Source: an uncultured virus (IMG/VR IMGVR_UViG_3300002140_000103)
Lineage: Duplodnaviria; Heunggongvirae; Uroviricota; Caudoviricetes
Length of the DNA stretch: 20,000 nucleotides
Virus record (IMG/VR): IMGVR_UViG_3300002140_000103
Reading direction: 5' to 3' (one strand)
Shown: positions 8,901-16,199 of the stretch, piece after piece
Layout: every line of letters starts with the position of its first letter
How positions within the stretch are numbered: position 1 is the stretch's first letter
Position numbers and translations under genes: made by a program
The notes under the pieces: generated by a model
The model's database searches: none
What the model was told of the DNA's origin: nothing
Seen by the model: the letters and a program-made list of their open reading frames with translations, nothing else

Positions 8901-9300
8901 TGTAAACCCTGTTACTTTCCTAAGTGGAGCAGGTATTGTTGTATACGGACAAAAAACTAGAGCAAGAAATGCAAGTGCCCTAGACAGAGTAAACGTAGCA
9001 CGTTTGGTTATCTACTTACGTAGTCAACTTAAAACACTTGCAAAACCATATATTTTTGAACCAAATGATAAAATTACAAGAGACGAAATTAAACAACAAG
9101 TTGAAAGTTTAATGGTCGAGTTAATTGGTTTAAGAGCTATATATGATTACTTGGTTGTATGTGACGAATCAAACAATACACCATCTAGAATTGATCGCAA
9201 CGAGCTTTATGTTGATATTGCGATTGAACCAGTTAAAGCAGTAGAATTTATTTACATTCCGTTGCGTTTGAAAAATACAGGAGAAATCGCAGGTCTCTAA
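5965..9300 (+). CDS. gp18: Contractile tail sheath protein (gp18-like), 1111 aa with a large central insertion
   Basis: N-terminal SPGVQVTVIDES and FGDP; C-terminal YPWFAPAGTRRG, LYSNNVNPV, YGQKT, RVNVARL, FEPND, VVCDESNNT and IEPVKAVEFIYI. Confidence 0.96.
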   Translation: MALVSPGVQVTVIDESFYTPAEPGTVPMIFVATKENKSNPASTGIAPGTLAANAGKVYLVSSQRELSETFGDPSFYTDASNNPIHGGEQNEYGLQAAYSYLGVANRAYVVRADLDLNAITASSTATAGDPTNGSYWFDTDDTKFGIFEWNGAAATVTNGQTFANKVPLLITDVAKTSGSDPYTPSGTVGSIGDYAVVAVSNVNRIWYKSNGYGVDHNATRGTWVEVGSEDWKASIPFVIGTGISGITTSKTITFSLTSDSSGTQYDVVTSGTTVASLVIDINTTSALVAAGITAASVNGKLALYNNGTADVCEIYGHDSTLTALGIVQDTYYAPAISIAGHTSVPLYKAINPQPRPTGSVWIKTTSPNLGAVWNVKQYSSATSAWTAVNAPIYATNHAAIYGLDSTGGGANIAEGAVYVQSNVAESVDPLATFKLYRKNGAGAVSATSAKVTSSTFGSGSSTFTLQATASGAGALSNAETITWVPTGATTDADLLASAINAKGITNVGATVDSQNRVVISHALGGDIRIVDTDGLIDNAFTPFDAAVASSTTNLYYVPGTDVSTSPKEFMITHWKVLTYTASSTAPTTTPADGALWYSSIVDEVDLMIHNGTTWVGLHNVDPLGGSATGASSILDPNGPIVSATAPTEQSDGSALVEGDVWISTADVENYPLVYRWNNSTSKWVAIDKTDQTTDEGILFADARWSTGGGSATAHVEGDIVEMLTSNFLDVDAPDPALYPTGMLLWNLRRSGFNVKRFVRDHVDVDALNIRFGDASMANYYPHRWVTESANNADGSGSFGRNAQRKVVVQSLQAMVNSNQDIRDDESRLFNLIACPGYSELIGEMVTLNYDRGLTAFVVGDSPMRLTPTTTAISDWATNVNLALEDNDIGLVSRDEYLGIYYPSGYTSDNLGNNIVVPASHMVLRTIALNDQVAYPWFAPAGTRRGGVTNATATGYITSEGEFASIALNEGQRDTLYSNNVNPVTFLSGAGIVVYGQKTRARNASALDRVNVARLVIYLRSQLKTLAKPYIFEPNDKITRDEIKQQVESLMVELIGLRAIYDYLVVCDESNNTPSRIDRNELYVDIAIEPVKAVEFIYIPLRLKNTGEIAGL

Positions 9301-9301
9301 G

Positions 9302-9335
9302 ATTATAGGGGGGTTAGACAATAGCCCCCCGTAAT
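9302..9335 (+). terminator. Stem-loop between sheath and tube (terminator or mRNA-stabilising hairpin)
   Basis: GGGGGGTTA-gacaa-TAGCCCCCC at 9308-9330, extendable with ATTAT/GTAAT. It lacks a clean U-tract. Confidence 0.55.
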
Positions 9336-9336
9336 T

Positions 9337-9344
9337 GATAAATA
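9337..9344 (+). promoter_or_regulatory. Late promoter GATAAATA for the tail tube
   Basis: Motif directly after the hairpin; SD AAGGAG at 9351-9356. Confidence 0.72.
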
Positions 9345-9363
9345 CTTGTGAAGGAGTTTATAT

Positions 9364-9987
9364 ATGGCAATCTCATCATTAACAAAACTAACAGTACCAT
9401 TAGCAACCGACGATAGTGCATCGACGCAAGGTTTGCTAATGCCAAAACTACAGTATCGCTTCCGTGTAACATTAGAAGGGTTCGGAGTTAGTACTCCGAC
9501 TACTGAACTTACAAAACAGGTAGTTGATATTACTCGTCCAAACGTTACATTCGAAAATATGGAATTACATGTTTATAACTCAAAAGTTAACCTTGCAGGC
9601 AAGCATACTTGGAACCCATTAACCGTTAACTTACGTGAGGACGTTAACAATAATGTGCAAAAACTTGTTGGCGAGCAGCTACAAAAGCAGTTCGACTTTA
9701 TGGAACAAGCTAGTGCGGCTTCAGGGTCTGATTACAAGTTCTTAACACGTATTGAAATACTAGATGGCGGCAACGGCGCATATACTCCAAGCGTTCTCGA
9801 AACATGGGAATGTTATGGTTGTTATGTAACCGAAGCAAACTACAACCAACTAGCATATGCAACTAGTGAAGCAGTTACAGTTACACTAAACATTCAATAT
9901 GATAACGCAGTACAATCACCAAATGGTACCGGAGTCGGAACAACAGTAGGTAGAGCGCAAGGCACTGCATCTACAGGCGCTGGTTGA
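9364..9987 (+). CDS. gp19: Tail tube protein (gp19-like)
   Basis: Directly downstream of the sheath. PKLQYRFRV, LAGKHTWNPLTVNLRED, WECYGC and VTLNIQYD match the tube fold. Confidence 0.88.
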   Translation: MAISSLTKLTVPLATDDSASTQGLLMPKLQYRFRVTLEGFGVSTPTTELTKQVVDITRPNVTFENMELHVYNSKVNLAGKHTWNPLTVNLREDVNNNVQKLVGEQLQKQFDFMEQASAASGSDYKFLTRIEILDGGNGAYTPSVLETWECYGCYVTEANYNQLAYATSEAVTVTLNIQYDNAVQSPNGTGVGTTVGRAQGTASTGAG

Positions 9988-10015
9988 TTTATAACAACAC
10001 GATTGCCGATAAACT

Positions 10016-10043
10016 AAAAAGAGAGCATTGCGCTCTCTTTTTT
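10016..10043 (+). terminator. Intrinsic terminator (potentially bidirectional)
   Basis: AAAAAGAGAGC-attgc-GCTCTCTTTTTT. Confidence 0.85.
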
Positions 10044-10068
10044 ATTATATACGTATAAAACAAGTTTA

Positions 10069-10076
10069 GATAAATA
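10069..10076 (+). promoter_or_regulatory. Late promoter GATAAATA, 5 nt before the ATG
   Basis: GATAAATA-ttaac-ATG(10082); no SD. Confidence 0.72.
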
Positions 10077-10081
10077 TTAAC

Positions 10082-11149
10082 ATGGCTATAATCAATTCTT
10101 TTTTTGACAACTTTGCAAATTCGAATGGTCCTAAAGGAAACTTAGGGGATTATCAACACGCATCAAGATTGTATGTTTCAAACAACATGCGACTTGCTCC
10201 TAAATTTAAACATCTATATCATGTAGTTTTAAATATAAATCCTCAAGCACAAGATTTAGCAAAGTTAGTAAAACAAATAGATAAAAGAGAATTAAACATT
10301 CTTGCTCGTTACTCAGACTTACCCAAGTATGATATACAAACAGAAACAGTTAATCAATATAATAGAAAAAAGATTATACAGACGGGTGTAAGATACAACC
10401 CAATAAACATTGAATTCCACGATGATAATGCTGGAGTTACAAGTTTGTTTTGGGAAGCATATTTTAGATATTATTATTCAGACAGTAACTATACTGAAAA
10501 AAACGCCGACGGAACTCCAAAGTTATCAGTTGATGCATATGGAAAAGTTAGCGGTAATTTAAATAGTATGTACGGCAATAGCGACTCGCAGGTTTATAAA
10601 TTTGGGCTCGATCGTCCAAATAAACCACAAAACTTTTTTACAAGTATTCAAATATTTCAATTACACCCACAATGGGGTAAATCAGCATACACAAGTTACA
10701 CACTTATAAATCCGTATATTGCAAGTTTTCAACATGACAGCGTAAGTCAAGAAAATAGCGAATTTTCAATTAATAGATTTTCTGTAGAATACGAAGCTGT
10801 ACAATACAACAGAGGTTATACTGCAATTGGAAATGCACCAGCAGGATTTGCAGAAACACATTACGATAAAACACCTAGTTCTCTTTCAATTAATGATGCC
10901 AGTGGGTTATTAGGAGTTGTTGGAACTATTGCCGGTGCAGCAAACAGCATTCCAGAATTGCAAAGAGGTAACTATCAGTTTAATTATGTAGACGAACAAA
11001 ATAAAACATACTTAAATACAAAAGAATTAAGTCTTGCTAGTAAGTTTACTGCGAATCAAACTATTGTTGAACCGTCTTTAGGAAATGCATCGTTTCCGGG
11101 TACAAGTTTAAGTACTGTAACTACAGAGACAACACAAAAAACATTTTAA
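10082..11149 (+). CDS. Tail-tube-fold baseplate/tube initiator protein (gp54/gp48-like)
   Basis: DLPKYDIQTETVNQYNRK...YNPINIEFHDD, YTLINPYI and FSVEYE parallel tube-protein motifs; adjacent to gp19. Confidence 0.55.
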   Translation: MAIINSFFDNFANSNGPKGNLGDYQHASRLYVSNNMRLAPKFKHLYHVVLNINPQAQDLAKLVKQIDKRELNILARYSDLPKYDIQTETVNQYNRKKIIQTGVRYNPINIEFHDDNAGVTSLFWEAYFRYYYSDSNYTEKNADGTPKLSVDAYGKVSGNLNSMYGNSDSQVYKFGLDRPNKPQNFFTSIQIFQLHPQWGKSAYTSYTLINPYIASFQHDSVSQENSEFSINRFSVEYEAVQYNRGYTAIGNAPAGFAETHYDKTPSSLSINDASGLLGVVGTIAGAANSIPELQRGNYQFNYVDEQNKTYLNTKELSLASKFTANQTIVEPSLGNASFPGTSLSTVTTETTQKTF

Positions 11150-11164
11150 TTAAAAGGACTTTAC

Positions 11165-11533
11165 ATGTCAAGCATACTTACACTAAAAGAAAATAAAGAT
11201 AGTAGTGATAATGTTAGATTAGCATTTGACAGATATTTTACAAAAGAAATATCTTATCCTAGTAATAAGGTAGATGCTGTTGTAGGATTTTTTAGATCTA
11301 GAGGATTTGACGAAGAAGCTGCAAACAGTGTAGGCAGTGTATTATTAGAACAATCAAAAATAGATAATATAAATGTATTTGAACTATTAGACAGTTTAAA
11401 AGTATTAGACAAGGTAAAATTAAGTAATCTTACAACTGCTATACTCAATGCTAATAGAAGTAAAATAAGCAAACTAGGTTATAGAAACGAAACTGTTCCT
11501 AACAACATAGAAGCAAGAAATATTATCTACTAA
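11165..11533 (+). CDS. Hypothetical protein (122 aa), probably structural
   Basis: SD AAGGA upstream; TAATG coupling to gp4. Confidence 0.7.
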   Translation: MSSILTLKENKDSSDNVRLAFDRYFTKEISYPSNKVDAVVGFFRSRGFDEEAANSVGSVLLEQSKIDNINVFELLDSLKVLDKVKLSNLTTAILNANRSKISKLGYRNETVPNNIEARNIIY

Positions 11534-11970
11534 TGGCAAAATATGCACAAGGGAAATTTGCAATCCAGAACCCTACTAAGTATATAGGAAATCGAGCACC
11601 TACGTATAGAAGTAGTTGGGAATTTCACTTTATGCAATTTTGCGATAGTCATCCTAGTGTAAGTAAATGGTCAAGCGAAGCTATAAGGATTCCTTATAGA
11701 AATCCCTTTACAAATAAAAATACAATTTATGTACCAGATTTTTTTATTGTTTATACTGACAAAACCGGATCTCAACATGCTGAATTAATTGAAGTTAAAC
11801 CAGCAAGTCAAACTATTAGAGAAAAAGTAGGAAAGAATAAAAACGATCAAGCTCATTTTATATTAAATCAATACAAATGGCAAGCTGCTACTGCATGGTG
11901 TAAACAACAAGGAATAGCGTTTCGAGTAGTAAACGAAAATGATATCTTCCACAATGGAAAAAGAAGATAA
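11533..11970 (+). CDS. gp4: Head completion nuclease (T4 gp4-like, TnsA/PD-(D/E)xK fold)
   Basis: YRSSWE, FCD, WSSE..IPY, YVPDF, IEVKP and KWQAA..WC motifs. Confidence 0.9.
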   Translation: MAKYAQGKFAIQNPTKYIGNRAPTYRSSWEFHFMQFCDSHPSVSKWSSEAIRIPYRNPFTNKNTIYVPDFFIVYTDKTGSQHAELIEVKPASQTIREKVGKNKNDQAHFILNQYKWQAATAWCKQQGIAFRVVNENDIFHNGKRR

Positions 11971-11973
11971 ATA
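11966..11973 (+). promoter_or_regulatory. Late promoter GATAAATA overlapping the gp4 stop codon
   Basis: The TAA stop at 11968-11970 is part of the motif; AGGA at 11989-11992 precedes the ATG at 12000. Confidence 0.68.
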
Positions 11974-11999
11974 ATAGTAGCATATTATAGGATACTATT

Positions 12000-12497
12000 A
12001 TGACCAAGAAATTAGAAGATTTATTAAACCTACCTGATTCAAAAGAAATCATTAAAAAAGAAAAAGCAAAAGAATCTCCTGCTGCAGTAATAGCAGAACA
12101 AGAGCAAACATTTAGAGATATTTCAGAGTTTGATAAAATAGCCGCGGCCCTTCCTACTGTTGACGGTCTTGGACAAATGGCAGATATAGAACTAAATGAA
12201 ATTGCAGACAAAGCAATGGCAGCATATGATGATTTAATGAGTCTTGGAATGAACGTTGAATCGCGTTATAGCGGTAGAGTCTTTGAAGTAGCTGGAAACA
12301 TGTTACGCACTAGTATGGATGCTAAAGTTGCTAAAATAGATAAAAAATTAAAAATGGTTGAGTTGCAACTTAAAAAACAAAAAATTGATCAAGACAGTAA
12401 TGGCGATAATAACGGATTTACTGAAGGTACGGGTTATGTAGTAACCGACCGAAATAGCCTTATAGAAAGACTCAAAGGCTTAAACAATGATAAATAA
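12000..12497 (+). CDS. Probable terminase small subunit (gp16-like)
   Basis: Helical 165-aa protein. SGRVFEVAGNML resembles the gp16 'PRxxEV' segment and is followed by a coiled coil and a short C-terminal helix; it lies near TerL. Confidence 0.55.
   Translation: MTKKLEDLLNLPDSKEIIKKEKAKESPAAVIAEQEQTFRDISEFDKIAAALPTVDGLGQMADIELNEIADKAMAAYDDLMSLGMNVESRYSGRVFEVAGNMLRTSMDAKVAKIDKKLKMVELQLKKQKIDQDSNGDNNGFTEGTGYVVTDRNSLIERLKGLNNDK
12489..12496 (+). promoter_or_regulatory. Late promoter GATAAATA overlapping the upstream stop codon
   Basis: Motif at the gene junction; AGGA at 12506-12509 precedes the ATG at 12520. Confidence 0.68.
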
Positions 12498-12519
12498 GTT
12501 ATAATAGGATCCATTATAA

Positions 12520-13059
12520 ATGAAAACATTACGTGAATTACTTACAGAAGCAAAAAAAACTTATCAGTTTAAGATAGGAGTAGCTGGAGATTTACCAGAA
12601 AAATTCAATGAAAGACTTCGTGCTGCTTTAGAAAAATTTGAAGTAGTAAGTTTAAGTGCTGGTAAAAAAACACCAATACAACAAACTCCAACAGATTTCC
12701 CACAATTAACAAATATGGAAGTTACATACTGGGACGCCGAACTGTCTTATCCTACAATAGAACCTGTACTAAGAGAATACTTAGGTCAATTTTGTTCTAT
12801 TCCAGAATCAAGAATAGTAGTTCGTAATCCAGGTGCATCAATTGTTGACAAAGAAGAAACTGGCGAATACGAAGTACTTCTTACAAAAGAAGACATGGGC
12901 GATAATAAAGACGCACAAACAACTGTTGGTACAGCTCGTGTAATGGATCTATTAAAAGAATTAGAAACCGCTCGCAAAGAGCGCGGCGACACAAACGGGT
13001 TTAAAATGGAAACACCAAAAAAAGAACCTATTAACCAAAAAAGTACGTTAGGAAGTTAA
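12520..13059 (+). CDS. Hypothetical protein, candidate head-internal protein
   Basis: 179 aa with its own late promoter and SD. The N-terminus MKTLRELLTE resembles T4 capsid-targeting sequences. Confidence 0.6.
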   Translation: MKTLRELLTEAKKTYQFKIGVAGDLPEKFNERLRAALEKFEVVSLSAGKKTPIQQTPTDFPQLTNMEVTYWDAELSYPTIEPVLREYLGQFCSIPESRIVVRNPGASIVDKEETGEYEVLLTKEDMGDNKDAQTTVGTARVMDLLKELETARKERGDTNGFKMETPKKEPINQKSTLGS

Positions 13060-13062
13060 AGC

Positions 13063-14547
13063 ATGAGTATGTTAGATATTTTAAAAAAGTTTGACTCTGT
13101 TCAATCTAAAAATACTGCACTAAATGAAGATATGAGAGCGGTTACAATGGAATGCGGAGATATGGCAGAAGGTCCTGCAATGCAAAGTCCAATTACATTA
13201 AATATTACAATGAGCAGTGCAGATCAAATGGCACAAATCATGAGAGCATTAAGTTCAATTAACGGTGTTGACGGTCAAATAGATGGACTAAAAACAGGCG
13301 GAACTCCAACTGATGATCCAAGTATTCCAGGTCGTGACGATGTAGACGGCGATACAGATTTAAATCAAGGAATGATTGGCGCCCTTGCTGGCGGTGCCTT
13401 AGGCGCTGGATTAGGAATGGCAACAGGCCAGGGTGCATTTGGTACTACATTAGGTGCATTATCTGGTGCTGCAGCAGGAGATTCTCTAACTGATACTGAT
13501 TATGACGATCCACGTATTCCAGGACGTGATGATGTAGAAGGTGACACAGATTTACAAGCAGGTGCGTTCGCATCCGGAACTTTGGGTGCAGCCATAGGCG
13601 GCTTAGCTGGACACGGCATCGGCGGACCAGCCGGTGCTGCAATAGGTGCTACACTAGGTGGAGTTGGCGGAGCAATAGCAGGCAAAAAACAGTCTAACCA
13701 AAAAAAATTACAAGCAGGGACTCACGATGATCCAAGTATTCCGGGTCGCGACGATGTAGAAGGCGATGTTGATTTACAACAAGATATTGCATCTTTTTTA
13801 AGTGCTGGCGGTGATTTAATTAACAAAGGTGCATCAGCAATAGCAAGTTCAGATCTTGGTCAAAAAGCTATATCCGGGTTAGGTCAACTATCGCAAGCAT
13901 CTAGTGATGCACTTGGAGACGTTGGCGCTAAAATTGGAGGAGCAGCGGCTGACTTTGCACCTGATACAGTTCGCAGTATGGCCGGTGACCCTTCATTCTT
14001 AGGAATAAAACCATCTGATGAAATTCTCAAAATAGGCGCAATGGGCAAAGGCGCAGAAATTGGTTCAAAAATAGGAAAAGTGCTTCCAGCTGCAGGCATT
14101 GCTGGTGCAGGGTTAGCAGGCGCTTCAATGCTGGGCGGAGACAACGACGAAAAACAAGAATCGCATGGTGACTTTGAAAATGCAACTACTGAGCCAGATG
14201 AAAAGTATTGGGACCATGATACAATGGTTAACAAACTATCAGGTGGCATCAACGGTAAGAAAAGAATGTATAAACCGGCATCGCAAGGGGATAATGCAAT
14301 GGCAGTTGAGTCAATGAAAGAACGTTTATTAAAAGCATTAGACGAAGCAAAGAAAAAACCAGACGCAAATAAAAACGGTATTCCAGACTATGCCGAAGAT
14401 GGCAAAGGTCCAAACGATCTTGCAAAAGGAAAGGCATCTAAAAAAGGAAAAGTACCTCCGCAATTCCAAAAGAATGTTAAAGAAGCTGTAAATGAAACAG
14501 CTGACTTAAATCGTATGAAGCAATTCTTACAAAGATTAAACGGATAA
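13063..14547 (+). CDS. Glycine-zipper protein with acidic repeats; candidate virion/ejection protein
   Basis: 494 aa with several GxxxGxxxG segments, three DDPxIPGRDDVxGDxDL repeats and a DANKNGIPD motif; SD AGGA at 13050-13053. Confidence 0.6.
   Translation: MSMLDILKKFDSVQSKNTALNEDMRAVTMECGDMAEGPAMQSPITLNITMSSADQMAQIMRALSSINGVDGQIDGLKTGGTPTDDPSIPGRDDVDGDTDLNQGMIGALAGGALGAGLGMATGQGAFGTTLGALSGAAAGDSLTDTDYDDPRIPGRDDVEGDTDLQAGAFASGTLGAAIGGLAGHGIGGPAGAAIGATLGGVGGAIAGKKQSNQKKLQAGTHDDPSIPGRDDVEGDVDLQQDIASFLSAGGDLINKGASAIASSDLGQKAISGLGQLSQASSDALGDVGAKIGGAAADFAPDTVRSMAGDPSFLGIKPSDEILKIGAMGKGAEIGSKIGKVLPAAGIAGAGLAGASMLGGDNDEKQESHGDFENATTEPDEKYWDHDTMVNKLSGGINGKKRMYKPASQGDNAMAVESMKERLLKALDEAKKKPDANKNGIPDYAEDGKGPNDLAKGKASKKGKVPPQFQKNVKEAVNETADLNRMKQFLQRLNG
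13312..13776 (+). repeat. Three 51-nt coding repeats (13312-13362, 13504-13554, 13726-13776)
   Basis: DDPSIPGRDDVDGDTDL / DDPRIPGRDDVEGDTDL / DDPSIPGRDDVEGDVDL, with many synonymous differences between copies. Confidence 0.95.
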
Positions 14548-14554
14548 ATCAATA

Positions 14555-14590
14555 AGTCAAATAGCGCCACTTGGCGCTATTTCCTTGACT
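14555..14590 (+). terminator. Long hairpin / terminator before TerL
   Basis: AAATAGCGCC-actt-GGCGCTATTT at 14559-14582, with an outer AGTCAA/TTGACT pair. Confidence 0.7.
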
Positions 14591-14595
14591 AAATA
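14588..14595 (+). promoter_or_regulatory. Late promoter ACTAAATA, 5 nt before the TerL ATG
   Basis: TAAATA(14590-14595)-ttagc-ATG(14601); no SD. Confidence 0.7.
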
Positions 14596-14600
14596 TTAGC

Positions 14601-16184
14601 ATGGCAAAAGCATTAGATGGCGTCTTAATTAAGAAGGCAAATAGACAAGAAACATATACAGAAGAACAGATTGCCGATCTTCTAAAATGCATGGATCCCA
14701 AAACTGGGTACCTGTACTTTGCACGTAAATTTGCATTTATTCAACATCCTGTAAAAGGCAAGTTATTATTTGATCCTTTTGAGTATCAAGAACGCTTGTT
14801 ACAAAGTTATCACAACTTCCGCTTTAACGTCAACATGCTACCTAGACAAACAGGCAAGACTACTTGTGCTGCTGTTTACTTGATCTGGTATGCAATGTTT
14901 AGTCCAGATCAAACTATCCTTATTGCTGCACACAAGTATACAGGTGCACAGGAAATTATGCAGCGTATTCGTTATGTTTATGAATTATGTCCAGATCATA
15001 TCCGTGCTGGTGTTACTAACTACAACAAAGGCTCAATTGAATTTGAAAACGGTTCACGTATTGTTAGTGCCACAACAACAGGCAACACAGGACGTGGTAT
15101 GAGTATTTCATTACTGTATTGTGACGAGTTTGCGTTTGTGCAACCTAACGTGGCCACAGACTTTTGGACTTCAATATCTCCTACACTAGCAACAGGTGGC
15201 CGCGCTATTCTTACAAGTACACCAAACAGTGACGAAGATACATTTGCACAAATATGGAAACAAGCAGAAGAAAAGTTTGACGAGTACGGAAACGAACAAG
15301 AATTAGGAATTAATGGTTTCCATAGTTTCCGTAGTTACTGGACAGAGCATCCGGATCGTGACGAGGCCTGGAAACAAGCAGAACTTGGTCGTATTGGTGA
15401 AGAACGCTTCCGTCGCGAATACGATTGTGAATTCCTTGTATTTGATGAAACACTGATCAACAGTATTAAACTTGCTAGTATGGAAGGTGTAAGTCCATTG
15501 ATTAATATGGGGCAAACACGTTGGTTTAAAAAATTAAGTTCAAAGTATAGCTATGCAGTTGCACTTGATCCTAGTATGGGCACAGGTGGTGACAATGCTG
15601 CTATACAGATTGTAGAACTTCCTTCATATGAACAAGTAGGTGAATGGCAACACAATCAAACTGCTATTCCTGGACAAATACGAGTATTAAAAGACATTTG
15701 TCAATATATATCAACTGAAACAAAATCAGGCGGCACAAACATATATTGGAGCGTTGAAAACAACGGATTAGGAGAAGCAGCACTGCTTGTTATAAATGAT
15801 TTTGGAGAAGAGAATATTCCTGGATTGTTTATATCAGAACCTATTCGTAAAGGACACGTTAGAAAGTTTAGAAAAGGATTTAATACAACACACAGTAGTA
15901 AAATAACTACGTGTGCAAGATTAAAAACAATGGTAGAAAACAATCAACTTATTATTCGCAGTAAGCCTTTGATTAGTGAATTAAAAAACTTTGTTGCCAC
16001 TGGTTCTAGTTATCAATCAAAATCAGGACAAACTGACGATTTAATCAGTGCATTATTACTAGCATTAAGAATGATAACTATCATGAAAGACTGGGATCCT
16101 GTTATCTATAGTTCTTTTAATCAGATGCAATCGGATGAAGCGTACGAATTACCTATGCCGATATTCGTATCTTCAAATTATTAA
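14601..16184 (+). CDS. terL: Terminase large subunit (T4 gp17-like)
   Basis: Walker A PRQTGKT, Walker B LLYCDE, coupling motif TSTPN, FRREY, and RNase H-like nuclease motifs ALDPSMG and DDLISA. Confidence 0.97.
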   Translation: MAKALDGVLIKKANRQETYTEEQIADLLKCMDPKTGYLYFARKFAFIQHPVKGKLLFDPFEYQERLLQSYHNFRFNVNMLPRQTGKTTCAAVYLIWYAMFSPDQTILIAAHKYTGAQEIMQRIRYVYELCPDHIRAGVTNYNKGSIEFENGSRIVSATTTGNTGRGMSISLLYCDEFAFVQPNVATDFWTSISPTLATGGRAILTSTPNSDEDTFAQIWKQAEEKFDEYGNEQELGINGFHSFRSYWTEHPDRDEAWKQAELGRIGEERFRREYDCEFLVFDETLINSIKLASMEGVSPLINMGQTRWFKKLSSKYSYAVALDPSMGTGGDNAAIQIVELPSYEQVGEWQHNQTAIPGQIRVLKDICQYISTETKSGGTNIYWSVENNGLGEAALLVINDFGEENIPGLFISEPIRKGHVRKFRKGFNTTHSSKITTCARLKTMVENNQLIIRSKPLISELKNFVATGSSYQSKSGQTDDLISALLLALRMITIMKDWDPVIYSSFNQMQSDEAYELPMPIFVSSNY

Positions 16185-16192
16185 GATAAATA
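16185..16192 (+). promoter_or_regulatory. Late promoter GATAAATA, 7 nt before the ATG
   Basis: Immediately after the TerL stop; no SD before the ATG at 16200. Confidence 0.68.
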
Positions 16193-16199
16193 ACATACT

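Noticed and set aside
9985..10017. Stop-codon reassignment or read-through at the tail tube TGA
   Set aside because: Genes are full length under the standard code. Read-through would add only about 10 residues before a TAA and a terminator.
1..10565. Intragenic TAAATA hexamers (e.g. 1, 3862, 5072, 10230, 10560)
   Set aside because: Expected by chance in AT-rich DNA and not positioned before gene starts.
11533..11970. TnsA transposase or homing endonuclease
   Set aside because: Motifs and context match the T4 gp4 head-completion protein; there are no transposon ends or partner genes.
14601..16184. Intein or intron in TerL
   Set aside because: The 527-aa ORF is uninterrupted, with normal motif spacing and no splicing motifs.
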